In this document: in pieces, positions 36,078-45,715 of the stretch
How positions within the stretch are numbered: position 1 is the first letter of the stretch
Layout of the letters: each line of letters opens with the position of its first letter
DNA from: an uncultured Candidatus Saccharibacteria bacterium
GTDB lineage: Bacteria > Patescibacteriota > Minisyncoccia > Minisyncoccales > JAGGXC01
Reading direction: 5' to 3'
Assembly (NCBI GenBank): GCA_964445905.1
Contig: CAYUNN010000003.1
Span: forward strand, 69,312 to 133,311
Length of the DNA: 64,000 bases
Notes under the pieces: model-generated
Told to the model about the DNA's origin: nothing
Database searches by the model: none
What the model saw: only the letters and a program-made list of their open reading frames with translations
Translations under genes and position numbers: made by a program

Positions 36078-37775
36078 ATGAAAATCAGTTCTAAAAAATT
36101 CAGAAAACTTTTAGTAGATCCTGGCTTTGTAAACGAGAAAGATTTTGACATTGCCGAGAAAAAAGCAAAAGAAAGTGATAAAGATTTGGAAGAGGTTTTA
36201 ATAGGCAATGGTTTAATTTCTGACGAAGACTTAGGGAAAATTATTGCTGAAGAGCTTGATTTTCCTTTCATTGATTTAACAAAAGAAGGGGTCTCTGAAG
36301 AAGCATTTAAGATAATCCCCGAGCTTGTTGCTAAAGTGCAACAAGTTATTGTTTTTGATCGGGAAAGCCAAGAAGAAGGGGATGTTCTTAAGGTGGCTAT
36401 GGTTGATCCGTCTAACCATGACATGATTAACTGGCTGGAAAAGAAGACTGGAGATAGAGTTGAGGCCTACTATACCACCCCTTCTTCCATTAGAGATGCC
36501 CTCAAGTTCTATAAAAAAGAAATCAAAGAAGAGTTTGACGATATTATTAAAAGTCAGGTGATAGAGGCTCAAAAAAAAGAAGCCAAAGCAAAAGATGTCC
36601 CCGTCATCAAGATTGTTGATACCCTGATTAATTATGCTTATGAAAATAGAGCTTCTGATATTCATATTGAACCATTGGAAGGAGAAACAAGAGTAAGATT
36701 CAGGATAGATGGAATCTTGCATAATGTGGTTGATCTTCCTAGTAATATCCATAATTTAGTTGTTGCCCGAATAAAAGTTTTATCTAAATTGAGAACAGAT
36801 GAAAGATTTGCCTCTCAAGACGGAAAGTTCTCAGCTAGGTTCGACAAAGAAAAATTTGATATCCGGGTTTCAATAATACCGGTTACAGAAGGAGAAAAGG
36901 TGGTAATGAGATTATTGTCAGAAAGAATAAGAAAGTTTAGCTTAGACAATCTTGGTCTTATCGGTGAGAGTTTGAAAAAAGTTCAGTCCGCAGCGAAAAA
37001 ACCTTACGGAATGATTTTAGCGACAGGTCCAACTGGTTCCGGCAAGACAACCACTCTTTATAGTATTTTAAAGATTTTAAATAAGCCGGAAGTTAATATT
37101 TCTACCATTGAGGACCCTGTGGAATATGATATTCGAGGAGTAAATCAAATTCAGGTAAATCCTAAAAAGAATATTAATTTTATCAATGGTCTTCGCTCAA
37201 TAGTAAGACAGGATCCAGACATTATTATGGTGGGAGAAATAAGAGATTCTGAAACTGCCAATATTGCTATTAATGCTGCTATGACCGGACATTTAGTCCT
37301 TTCAACTATGCATGCTAATACAGCGGCTACTAATCTTCCTAGGTTGATTGATATGGAGATAGAGCCTTTTTTAGTTGCTTCCTCTGTTAACATAATCATT
37401 GCTCAAAGATTGGTGAGGAAAGTATGTACTCGTTGTAGGGAAAGCTATGAATTATCTAAGAAAAAGGCGATAGAAAAGAATTTTCCCGAACAAGTTATAG
37501 AGAAGGTATTTAAGAAAAAAGAAAAAGTAAGAGTTTTTCATGGAAAAGGATGCAAGGCTTGTGTCGGAACTGGTTTTTCTGGTCGAATAGGAATATTTGA
37601 AGTTTTAGAGATGACAGACAAGATTCAAAAACTAGTTATGGAAAAAGCCAATGCGGGGGAGATTAATCAAGCAGCAATCGGATATGGAATGATTACTATG
37701 CTTGATGACGGAATAGAAAAAGCTTTGCTTGGTTTTACTACAATTGGAGAAGTTCTTAGAGCTACAAAAACTTAG
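36078..37775 (+). CDS. pilB: Type IV pilus assembly ATPase PilB/GspE
   Basis: N-terminal T2SE_Nter-like domain, Walker A LATGPTGSGKTTTLYS, His/Asp boxes, tetracysteine CTRC...CKAC. Confidence 0.9.
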   Translation: MKISSKKFRKLLVDPGFVNEKDFDIAEKKAKESDKDLEEVLIGNGLISDEDLGKIIAEELDFPFIDLTKEGVSEEAFKIIPELVAKVQQVIVFDRESQEEGDVLKVAMVDPSNHDMINWLEKKTGDRVEAYYTTPSSIRDALKFYKKEIKEEFDDIIKSQVIEAQKKEAKAKDVPVIKIVDTLINYAYENRASDIHIEPLEGETRVRFRIDGILHNVVDLPSNIHNLVVARIKVLSKLRTDERFASQDGKFSARFDKEKFDIRVSIIPVTEGEKVVMRLLSERIRKFSLDNLGLIGESLKKVQSAAKKPYGMILATGPTGSGKTTTLYSILKILNKPEVNISTIEDPVEYDIRGVNQIQVNPKKNINFINGLRSIVRQDPDIIMVGEIRDSETANIAINAAMTGHLVLSTMHANTAATNLPRLIDMEIEPFLVASSVNIIIAQRLVRKVCTRCRESYELSKKKAIEKNFPEQVIEKVFKKKEKVRVFHGKGCKACVGTGFSGRIGIFEVLEMTDKIQKLVMEKANAGEINQAAIGYGMITMLDDGIEKALLGFTTIGEVLRATKT

Positions 37776-37780
37776 TAATT

Positions 37781-38995
37781 ATGAAATTTGACTATATTGC
37801 TCAAACAAAAGAGGGCGAGAGTAAAATAGGAGATATTAGCGCGTCAGATCTTCGGGAAGCGAAGGAAAAACTTTTAGAAAAAGATTTGATTTTGATTTCT
37901 GTTGAACAAGTTAGAAAAAAAAGATTTTACATTCCCCTTCCTTCCAGAGTTTCTCATTTAGACAAGCTTCTTTTCGCTCGTCACTTAAGGATGTTAATTA
38001 AAGCAGGGCTGCCTTTAAGGGAAGCGGTAGCAGAGATTAAAGATCAGGCTCAATCCAGGAAATTCAAGAAGGTATTGGAAGACGTTTTAGCTCAGCTGGA
38101 TAATGGAGAGTCTTTATCAAACAGCTTGGCTTCTCATCCAAAAGTTTTTGATGAACTTTCAGTAAGTTTAATCGAAATAGGAGAAGCAAGCGGTACGCTT
38201 GAGAGAAACCTCTCTTATTTAGCTGATCAATTAGAGAAAAAGCATGATTTAAGAATGAAAATAAAAGGAGCGATGATTTATCCGGTTATTGTTTTGTCTG
38301 CTACTTTTGGTTTAATTGCAATTTTAGCCGTATTTATTCTTCCCAAACTTCTTCCTTTATTCAGAAGCTTTGACATTGAGCTTCCTTTGCCGACAAAAAT
38401 ATTGCTCTTTTTCATTTCTGCAGGAGAAAGTTATGGTGCCTATATCGCCGTTTCAATAATTGCTTTTATTTTATTCATGTTTTTTATTTACCGTTTCAGA
38501 CCGGTGAAGTCTTTTTTCCACAGAATTATATTAAAACTTCCTGTTTTTGGAAAAATTACAAAAGAAGTTAATCTGGCTTACTTTTCCCGAACTCTTGGGA
38601 TACTTATAAAAAGCGGAGTTCCGATAGTTGAAGCTTTTGATATTACAAGTAAAAGTTTAAGTAATACTGTTTACCAGAAAGAAGTAGAAGGAGTTATTCC
38701 AACGATAAAGCAGGGAGGGCAGATAGCAGGATATTTTAAAGATAAACCTAAGATTTTTCCTTCCGTTTTTTCAAGAATGATAAGGGTAGGAGAAAGAACA
38801 GGAAAAATAGATGAATCATTGTCTTATCTTGCCAGTTTTTATGAAAAAAATGTTGATGACGCTACCAAGAACATTTCCTCAACTTTGGAGCCGGCTTTAT
38901 TGATATTTATTGGAATGATTATTGCTTTCATTGCCGTCTCTATTATCATGCCAATTTATGAAGCCACTCACGGCTTAAGTGGCTTAAGAAGATAA
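37781..38995 (+). CDS. pilC: Type IV pilus inner-membrane platform protein PilC/GspF
   Basis: Two GspF repeats, 3 TM, 404 aa. Adjacent to pilB. Confidence 0.88.
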   Translation: MKFDYIAQTKEGESKIGDISASDLREAKEKLLEKDLILISVEQVRKKRFYIPLPSRVSHLDKLLFARHLRMLIKAGLPLREAVAEIKDQAQSRKFKKVLEDVLAQLDNGESLSNSLASHPKVFDELSVSLIEIGEASGTLERNLSYLADQLEKKHDLRMKIKGAMIYPVIVLSATFGLIAILAVFILPKLLPLFRSFDIELPLPTKILLFFISAGESYGAYIAVSIIAFILFMFFIYRFRPVKSFFHRIILKLPVFGKITKEVNLAYFSRTLGILIKSGVPIVEAFDITSKSLSNTVYQKEVEGVIPTIKQGGQIAGYFKDKPKIFPSVFSRMIRVGERTGKIDESLSYLASFYEKNVDDATKNISSTLEPALLIFIGMIIAFIAVSIIMPIYEATHGLSGLRR

Positions 38996-39000
38996 ATATT

Positions 39001-39948
39001 ATGAGGGCATTTACTTTTATTGAGCTCTTAATTGTAATAGGTATTATTTCTGTTCTTTTACTTTTAACGATCCCATTAGGGATTGGTTTTTATAAAGGAC
39101 AGCAATTAGATAGTGTAGCCGAAGGAGTTCTTCAAAATTTAAGGAGAGCTCAACTAAGAGCTATGTCTCAGTCTGATTATGACTTCGGAGTTTATTTTGG
39201 TTCCGGAAACATCGAAGAATATATTCTTTTTCAGGGAGATTCCTATGCTAACGGTGAGAATGAAGAAGTATTTGATGTCCCCAAAGGAATTTATTTTAGC
39301 GGATTGGAAGAAGTGGTTTTTTCAAGAACTGCCGGAGAGCCTTTTTTGACAGGAGATATCAGCATAACCAATGAGATTTCAAATGTTATTATCAGTATTA
39401 ATAACTTAGGGAGAATAAGTTATGCTCCTCCTGAGCCTCCACCTCCCCAGGGCTGCTGGGGAACAGGAGGAGAATGTGATCCTCTTTGCCATTATACTGA
39501 TTACGGCATTCCGACAGCAGCTTATCGAGAACCAATCCCTCCCTGCAACAGAGAATGCAATCCAGCCAGAAATATATTTATTGATCCTTCAGGAGCGTGC
39601 AGAGATGACGGAACGGATAACTGCTACAAAATGACAGATCCAACAACCGGATACACTGAATGCATCCAGAGAGAATCATGCGAAGGAAGGTGTGAGGGGA
39701 TATGTACTCCTTGTCGAGAGATAATAGATCCTCAGGAATGCGAACAGCAAGAAGGGTGCAGAGCTATTTCATCTCCAGGAGTTTTTATATGTCGTGGAGA
39801 ATGTGTTTCTTGCGAGGAGTTTTCTGAAGGAGGAAACTGTTCCAATCAGCTGGGTTGCGGTTGGGATGCTACTGCCTGGTACTGGGAACTTGCCAGTCCC
39901 CAATCAGGCTACTTTAATTATGTAACTTGTGAATGGTATGAAGAATGA
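39001..39948 (+). CDS. Prepilin-type (pseudopilin/minor pilin) protein with C-terminal ~165-aa Cys-rich module, paralog 1
   Basis: MRAFTFIELLIVIGIISVLLL class-III signal. The C-terminal GCWGTGGECDPLCHY...CNRECNPAR...CEGRCEGICTPC...NCSNQLGCGWDATAWYWELASPQSGYFNYVTCEWYEE carries ~22 Cys. Confidence 0.8.
   Translation: MRAFTFIELLIVIGIISVLLLLTIPLGIGFYKGQQLDSVAEGVLQNLRRAQLRAMSQSDYDFGVYFGSGNIEEYILFQGDSYANGENEEVFDVPKGIYFSGLEEVVFSRTAGEPFLTGDISITNEISNVIISINNLGRISYAPPEPPPPQGCWGTGGECDPLCHYTDYGIPTAAYREPIPPCNRECNPARNIFIDPSGACRDDGTDNCYKMTDPTTGYTECIQRESCEGRCEGICTPCREIIDPQECEQQEGCRAISSPGVFICRGECVSCEEFSEGGNCSNQLGCGWDATAWYWELASPQSGYFNYVTCEWYEE
39451..39948 (+). repeat. Cys-rich-module nucleotide repeat, copy 1 (~498 bp)
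   Basis: Begins ggctgctggggaacaggaggagaatgtgat and ends gtaacttgtgaatggtatgaagaatga. Near-identical to the copies at 40361 and 41625. Confidence 0.85.
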
Positions 39949-40858
39949 AGGATTTACTTTAATTGAGTTAATAATATATATTGCTATTGTTTCATTGATT
40001 CTTATTCTGTCTAGTAATTTTGCTTGGGATATTATTCAGGGAAATGTTAAATCTAATTCTTCTCGAGAAGTACAACAAAATGCCCGCTTTGCAATGGAAA
40101 GAGTTTCCCGCAGTTTAAGAGAGGGAAATGATCCGCTTATTTTTAGTGTTGTCGATGGCGTTCTTTATGAAAGTGATGCCCCCTTAACTAGCGAACAGGT
40201 TAGGGTTGTTGATTTTAGTATTACTTCTGTCTCAAATACTTATAAGATTAGTTTAACTGTTGAGTATAATAATATTAGCGGGAGAAGAGAGTATGAAGCG
40301 GAATCAACCTTAGAGTCAACAATTGCTTTATTTTCAGGAGACATATCTCCACCTCCCGAGGGCTGCTGGGGAACAGGAGGAGAATGTGATCTTCTTTGCC
40401 ATTACGCTAATTACGGTATCCCGACAGCAGCTTATCGAGAACCAATTCCTCCCTGCAACAGAGAATGCAATCCAGCCAGAAATATATTTATTGATCCTTC
40501 AGGAGCGTGTAGTGATGATGGAACAGGCGATTGTTACAAGATGGCAGATTCAACAACCGGGCCTACCGAATGTATCCAGAGAGAATCATGCGAAGGGAGA
40601 TGCGAAGGAATATGTACTCCTTGTCGGGAGATTGTGGATCCTCAAGAATGCGAACAACAAGAAGGGTGCAGAATGATTGCAACTCCAGGAGGTTTTATGT
40701 GTCACGGAGAATGTATTGCCTGTGAAGAATTCCCTGATGAAGAAAACTGTTCCAATCAGCTGGGTTGCGGTTGGAACGCTACTGCCTGGTACTGGGAACT
40801 TGCCAGTCCCCAATCAGGCTACTTTAATTATGTAACTTGTGAATGGTATGAAGAATGA
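39938..40858 (+). CDS. Prepilin-type protein with the same C-terminal Cys-rich module, paralog 2
   Basis: ATG at 39938 gives MKNEG|FTLIELIIYIAIVSLILIL. The start is embedded in paralog 1's terminal ...gaatggtATGaagaaTGA. The track ORF begins earlier at an alternate GTG. Confidence 0.78.
   Translation: MKNEGFTLIELIIYIAIVSLILILSSNFAWDIIQGNVKSNSSREVQQNARFAMERVSRSLREGNDPLIFSVVDGVLYESDAPLTSEQVRVVDFSITSVSNTYKISLTVEYNNISGRREYEAESTLESTIALFSGDISPPPEGCWGTGGECDLLCHYANYGIPTAAYREPIPPCNRECNPARNIFIDPSGACSDDGTGDCYKMADSTTGPTECIQRESCEGRCEGICTPCREIVDPQECEQQEGCRMIATPGGFMCHGECIACEEFPDEENCSNQLGCGWNATAWYWELASPQSGYFNYVTCEWYEE
40361..40858 (+). repeat. Cys-rich-module nucleotide repeat, copy 2
   Basis: Same start and end strings as copy 1. 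Internal differences are clustered, e.g. RMIATPGGFMCHGECIACEEFPDEEN vs RAISSPGVFICRGECVSCEEFSEGGN. Confidence 0.85.
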
Positions 40859-42125
40859 GAGAGGACAATCTTTTATAGAACTGCTAATTGCTATGGGAAT
40901 TTTTGTTGCATTGATGTCTGCCGTTACTTTTCTCGTTCTTAATTCTCATATAAGCAACAGGATTGGTCAGGAAATTACTCTGGCCGATTATCTGGCTCAA
41001 GAGGGATTAGAAGCGGCAAAGTCAATAAGAGATAATAACTGGGATGATTTAACAGATGGATCTCATGGAATTGACATTTTTGATGATAGATGGATTTTCC
41101 AAGGAACAGAGAATGATTTAAGCGATAAACTTAACGATGGGAAAAGATCGATAGTCGTGGAAACAAAAAGTTCTGATGTTAAAAAAATTATTTCTTCCGT
41201 TGAATGGAAATTTACAGGAGGAAGAATTCAAAAAGTTGAACTGGTTAGTTATCTGACAAATTGGCAAAAAGAAACGTCGGGGATTACGGTTTTTTTCAGT
41301 TCAAGTGAATATTCAGTTTTAGAAAGTGCAGGTATTTTTACTGCTGAAGTCAATCTTTCCGAGGCATACGAAGGTGAAATTACTGTAAGATATAGAACAG
41401 AAAATGGAAGCGCTGTTTCCCCGGATGATTATTTGAAAGCTGATGATATTTTAGTTTTTGATCCCGGGGTTATTTCCCAAACTTTTGACATAGAGATTGT
41501 GGATAACTTATTAGAAGAGTCGGATAAATATTTTAGCCTGATCCTTTATGGTCCTCAAAATGCTATGCTTGGATCTCCCAGTATGGCAACGATAGTAATT
41601 ATTGACGATGATGGTCCTCCCCAGGGCTGCTGGGGAACAGGAGGAGAATGTGATCTTCTTTGCCATTATACTGATTACGGCATTCCGACAGCAGCTTATC
41701 GAGAACCAATCCCTCCCTGCAACAGAGAATGCAATCCAGCCAGAGATATCTTTGTCAATCCTTCAGGAGCGTGCAGAGATGACGGAACGGATAACTGCTA
41801 CAAAATGATAGATTCAACAACCGGATACACTGAATGCATCCAGAGAGAATCATGCGAAGGAAGGTGTGAGGGGATATGTACTCCTTGCGAAGAAATTATA
41901 GACCCAAGAGAATGCGAACAGCAAGAAGGGTGCAGAGGATTTAATGTTCCAGGAGGAGGTTTTAGATGTTTGGGCAGATGCGTTGTTTGTGGAGAGTTTC
42001 CCGACGAAGGAAACTGTTCCAATCAGTTAGGTTGTTGGTGGGATGCTACTGCCTGGTATTGGGAACTTGCCAGTCCCCAATCAGGCTACTTTAATTATGT
42101 AACTTGTGAATGGTATGAAGAATGA
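40848..42125 (+). CDS. Prepilin-type protein with Calx-beta-like domain + the same Cys-rich module, paralog 3
   Basis: MKNERGQSFIELLIAMGIFVALMSAV class-III signal. Calx-beta-like ...YRTENGSAVSPDDYLKADDILVFDPGVISQTFDIEIVDN... The C-terminal module ends ...CEWYEE. Confidence 0.78.
   Translation: MKNERGQSFIELLIAMGIFVALMSAVTFLVLNSHISNRIGQEITLADYLAQEGLEAAKSIRDNNWDDLTDGSHGIDIFDDRWIFQGTENDLSDKLNDGKRSIVVETKSSDVKKIISSVEWKFTGGRIQKVELVSYLTNWQKETSGITVFFSSSEYSVLESAGIFTAEVNLSEAYEGEITVRYRTENGSAVSPDDYLKADDILVFDPGVISQTFDIEIVDNLLEESDKYFSLILYGPQNAMLGSPSMATIVIIDDDGPPQGCWGTGGECDLLCHYTDYGIPTAAYREPIPPCNRECNPARDIFVNPSGACRDDGTDNCYKMIDSTTGYTECIQRESCEGRCEGICTPCEEIIDPRECEQQEGCRGFNVPGGGFRCLGRCVVCGEFPDEGNCSNQLGCWWDATAWYWELASPQSGYFNYVTCEWYEE
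41625..42125 (+). repeat. Cys-rich-module nucleotide repeat, copy 3 (~501 bp)
   Basis: Same start and end strings. One extra codon (GGGF). Confidence 0.85.
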
Positions 42126-42519
42126 GAATCAAAAAAATGGATACATTGCTTTAGTTTCTGTCCTTATTATTTCTTCAATTACCTTATTTTTAGCAATTAA
42201 TGCTAATTTATTTGGTATTTCAGAATCAGGAATGGCTTTGAGGAAAAGCCATTCTTCCAAGTCTTTTTATCTGGCTAATCTTTGCGCTGAAGACGCTTTA
42301 ATGAAGTTAAAAAATAATTTGGATTATTCCGGAGATGAAACATTGAGTCTTGACGGAGGAAGCTGCTATATTTCTTCACTTGAAGGAAGCGGCAATGAAG
42401 ATAGGATAATTAAAACAAGCGGAAACTTCAATGATCAGACAAGAAGGATTATAATAGAAATAGGCAGGGTTAATCCTTTAATGGAAATTAGTTCATGGAG
42501 AGAAGTATCGAGTTTTTAA
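42115..42519 (+). CDS. Prepilin-like small protein (no Cys module)
   Basis: MKNENQKNGYIALVSVLIISSITLFLAINA hydrophobic N-terminus. The start again overlaps the preceding CEWYEE* terminus. Confidence 0.55.
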   Translation: MKNENQKNGYIALVSVLIISSITLFLAINANLFGISESGMALRKSHSSKSFYLANLCAEDALMKLKNNLDYSGDETLSLDGGSCYISSLEGSGNEDRIIKTSGNFNDQTRRIIIEIGRVNPLMEISSWREVSSF

Positions 42520-42531
42520 TGAAATATAATT

Positions 42532-44028
42532 ATGTTCCGCGGAAATAAAATTTTTGGCATAGATATAAGTGATTTTTCGATAGAAATTTTACAGCTCAAT
42601 TCTAGAAAAAAACCAATGGCATTTGGCAGAATTGTTATTGAAGAAGGAATTGTAAGAGATGGGTTTGTTTTGAAAAAAGAAGAATTGAAAAAGAAAATAG
42701 AAAAAGTCGTTTCTAAATCAAGGGTTCGAGGAAACAAGGTTATCTTGTCTTTGCCCGAATCAAAAGTTTTTACCAGTCTTTTTAGTATTCCCGGAGAAAT
42801 CAAAGGAGACAGGCTTAAAGAAGCAATTGAGAATGAAGCTAGAAAAACTATTCCCATTGAGTCTTCAAAAATATACTGGGATTGGCAGGTAGTTTTTACG
42901 GATCCCAAGAGCAATCAGCAGTTAATACTTTACGTTGGAACATTAAAAGAAATCATTGATGATTATCTTGATATTTTCAAAGACCTGGGAATAGAAATTA
43001 TTGCTTTTGAATTAGATTCTGTTGCTCTAGCCCGGGCCTTACTGGTAAAAAATAAACCAAGAAATGGAGTGCTGATTATGGATATCGGGGCTCGGGTGAC
43101 CGATATTAGTATTTTTGACAAAGATATTATCCTAAAAGATTCCAATGTAGTCTCTGTGGGAGGGGATTATTTAACCAAAATATTAGCGGAAAAATTAAAA
43201 ATATCAGAAGAAAAAGCAGAAAGAGCCAAAAGGAAGTTTGGCGTGGATGGAGAGAACGAAAAAGTGAGCAAAATTTTAAAAGAAGAATTAGAACCTGTTA
43301 TTGAAAGAACGAATAAATCAGTCAGTTATTACAGGGGAAAATTAGATGGGGCATTTTTAGCTGGAGGATCAGCTCAGATTCCTGGCTTGTCCAGTTATTT
43401 TGCTTCTAAAATAAACCTTAATACCAGTATTGGTGTTTCTCCTCTTCTAGCTCAAATCAAAGAAGGTTCGGTTCTTTTTAATACCGTAGCAGGATTAGCC
43501 TTGAGAGGAATAGAAAAAGATCCTAAAAAAGCAGGCGTGAATCTTCTGCCTAAAAAAGAAAAGAGAACCAGTTTAGTTAGTCAGGAAACAAGCAAAAAGA
43601 ATTATTTCCGGGTCTTGGCTATTATAATAGGAATAATCGGTTTTGTTTTTCTTAGCTGGGTAATTTATAAATTTATTATTGAACCTCTTGATCAAAAACC
43701 AAAACCTCCTCCCTTATTAGAGGAAGTACCTGTGGCCACCGGCACAGAAGAAGAAGTTCAACCAGAGCCAGAGCCGGAGCCGGAGCTAGAACCGGAAGTG
43801 GAAGTAGAAGAAATAGAAGTCGTTATTATTTTGGAAACAGAAGAAGGTTGGATTGATGTAAGACAGGGGCCTGATGATAACTATCCTTCTGTAGCCAGAA
43901 TTAATGCCGGGGATAGTTTTCCACTATTGGCTGAATTTGATAATTGGTATAGAATAGAATTAACAGACGGTACTACTGGTTGGGTTTCTGGTAAAAGTGT
44001 TATAATAGAAAAACAATCTACCAACTAA
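42532..44028 (+). CDS. PilM-like actin-fold ATPase fused to PilN-like TM segment and C-terminal bacterial SH3 (SH3b) domain
   Basis: N-terminal FGIDISDFSIEILQL and a second actin-like subdomain. A TM helix YFRVLAIIIGIIGFVFLSWVIY. A Pro/Glu-rich linker PEPEPEPELEPE. SH3b-like GWIDVRQGPDDNYPSVARINAGDSFPLLAEFDNWYRIELTDGTTGWVSGKSV. Confidence 0.72.
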   Translation: MFRGNKIFGIDISDFSIEILQLNSRKKPMAFGRIVIEEGIVRDGFVLKKEELKKKIEKVVSKSRVRGNKVILSLPESKVFTSLFSIPGEIKGDRLKEAIENEARKTIPIESSKIYWDWQVVFTDPKSNQQLILYVGTLKEIIDDYLDIFKDLGIEIIAFELDSVALARALLVKNKPRNGVLIMDIGARVTDISIFDKDIILKDSNVVSVGGDYLTKILAEKLKISEEKAERAKRKFGVDGENEKVSKILKEELEPVIERTNKSVSYYRGKLDGAFLAGGSAQIPGLSSYFASKINLNTSIGVSPLLAQIKEGSVLFNTVAGLALRGIEKDPKKAGVNLLPKKEKRTSLVSQETSKKNYFRVLAIIIGIIGFVFLSWVIYKFIIEPLDQKPKPPPLLEEVPVATGTEEEVQPEPEPEPELEPEVEVEEIEVVIILETEEGWIDVRQGPDDNYPSVARINAGDSFPLLAEFDNWYRIELTDGTTGWVSGKSVIIEKQSTN

Positions 44029-44066
44029 AAAAAGGTCAAAATAATATTTATTTAAATAAAAAGGTT

Positions 44067-44507
44067 ATGTTTAAATCAGAAAAGGGTTTTACTTTAATTG
44101 AAATTCTTTTAGTAATTGGTTTAATTGCAATTTTAGCTGCAATAGTAATTATTGCTATTAATCCTGCTCGTCAGTTTGCCCAGGCAAGGAACACTCAGAG
44201 ATCCAGTGATGTTAATGCTATTCTAAATGCTGTTCATCAAAATATGGTTGAAAACCAAGGAGTTTGGACATGTTCTGAAGATATTCCTACCACCTCTACA
44301 GGTATAAAGGCTACTGGCACCGATATTTATAGTTGCTTGGTAGATACTTATTTGGCTGAATTGCCTTTGGATCCGGTAGAAGGATATTTTACTAGCGAAA
44401 CTGATTATGATTCCGGCTATGAAATTATGCAGAGCGGAACAACCGGCAGAGTAACAGTGTCTGCTCCCGAAGCTGAGCTTGGTGAAACAATCAGTGTTAC
44501 CAGATAA
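44067..44507 (+). CDS. Type IV pilin (PilA-like major pilin candidate)
   Basis: MFKSEKG|FTLIEILLVIGLIAILAAIVIIAINPARQFAQARNTQRSSDVNAILNA, a canonical class-III signal plus alpha1 helix. Confidence 0.8.
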   Translation: MFKSEKGFTLIEILLVIGLIAILAAIVIIAINPARQFAQARNTQRSSDVNAILNAVHQNMVENQGVWTCSEDIPTTSTGIKATGTDIYSCLVDTYLAELPLDPVEGYFTSETDYDSGYEIMQSGTTGRVTVSAPEAELGETISVTR

Positions 44508-44608
44508 TTTTTTAAAATAGATTAATTGTGAAGCATAAGGTTCGGAAGTTTTTCTTTCGGGCCTTTTATGTTAAAATGTATTAACCTATTAATTTTTTGA
44601 TTATTTAA

Positions 44609-45316
44609 ATGATAAAGAGAAAACAAAAAAGAACTAAAATATCAGATCCTGGTTCTGTACTGGCTCATCAATTAAAAAATCCCATCTCTGTTCTTAATGG
44701 TTATCTTGAGGTTTTACTTTCTGAGGAGATAGGAGAGATTAATAAAAAACAAAAAGAATATCTTTCCGATGCGATAGAAAACGTTAAAACTATGAGCAGA
44801 ACGGTTAATGACCTTCTTGATGTTTCTAAGATTGAAGAAGGTTATTATAAATTAAACCCAAAAAATATTAATTTGGCAGAAGTTGTTCAAGGGGTGATTG
44901 ACGAACTTTCTCCCTGGATTAAAGCGTCTAATGTAAATATTAATTTTGAAAAGCCGAAAGATATTAAAGTTTTTGCTGACCCGTTAAAGATTAGATACGT
45001 AGTAGAAAATTTAATTTCTAATTCCGTAAGGTACAAGGGACCAGGAGTGAGTTTTGTTCGGATAGAACTTAATAAGAAAAATGAAAAAGTTATTTTCTCT
45101 TGCGAAGATAACGGAATAGGAATTCCTAAAAAAGACTTTGATAAAGTTTTTTCCAAGTATTACAGGTCAGAAGAAGCGCTTAATTTTTATCCTTCCGGAA
45201 CAGGGCTCGGCCTTTATATCAGCAGGGCAATAGTTGAGCTTAGCGATGGGAAGATTTGGTTTGAGAAGAATAAAAACAAAGGAATAACTTTTTATTTTAC
45301 TTTGCCTTCTGCTTAA
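44609..45316 (+). CDS. Cytoplasmic sensor histidine kinase (HisKA + HATPase_c)
   Basis: H-box LAHQLKNPISVL. N, G1 (EDNGIGI) and G2 (GTGLGL) boxes. No TM segment. Confidence 0.8.
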   Translation: MIKRKQKRTKISDPGSVLAHQLKNPISVLNGYLEVLLSEEIGEINKKQKEYLSDAIENVKTMSRTVNDLLDVSKIEEGYYKLNPKNINLAEVVQGVIDELSPWIKASNVNINFEKPKDIKVFADPLKIRYVVENLISNSVRYKGPGVSFVRIELNKKNEKVIFSCEDNGIGIPKKDFDKVFSKYYRSEEALNFYPSGTGLGLYISRAIVELSDGKIWFEKNKNKGITFYFTLPSA

Positions 45317-45328
45317 TTTCTTATAACC

Positions 45329-45715
45329 ATGGGGAAAAAAACTGAAGAAAAAAGAAAGAAAATATTGATGGTTGAGGATAATATCTTTTTAAGAAAACTT
45401 TATAGAGACAAATTAACTCGGGCTGACTTTGCGTTTGTTGAAGCAACCAACGGAGTGGAAGGGATTAATAAAATTGTTTTTGAAAAACCTGATCTAGTCC
45501 TACTTGACTTAATCTTGCCGGGAAAGAATGGTTTTGATGTCCTATCGGAGATTAAAAGCAAGCCGGAAGTTAAAAATATTCCGGTGATAATCTTATCTAA
45601 CTTGTCCCAGGAAGCGGACATTAAAGAAGCAATGAGCCTTGGAGCAAAAGATTATTTAGTTAAAACAGAAGTGAGATTGTCTGAGGTCGTAGATAAGATT
45701 AAAAAGATTATTTAA
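45329..45715 (+). CDS. Single-domain response regulator (CheY-like receiver)
   Basis: ILMVEDN...DLVLLDLILPGKNGFDV...SNLS...K receiver signature. Confidence 0.8.
   Translation: MGKKTEEKRKKILMVEDNIFLRKLYRDKLTRADFAFVEATNGVEGINKIVFEKPDLVLLDLILPGKNGFDVLSEIKSKPEVKNIPVIILSNLSQEADIKEAMSLGAKDYLVKTEVRLSEVVDKIKKII

Noticed and set aside
39422-39634. Track ORFs 39422..39634, 40323..40676, 40531..40725, 41602..41808 (+) and 40586..40813, 41798..42022 (-) inside the pilin genes
   Set aside because: These are alternate-frame ORFs that recur only because the ~500-bp Cys-module repeat recurs. They lie wholly inside better-supported pilin CDSs, and their Arg/Gln-rich translations have no features.
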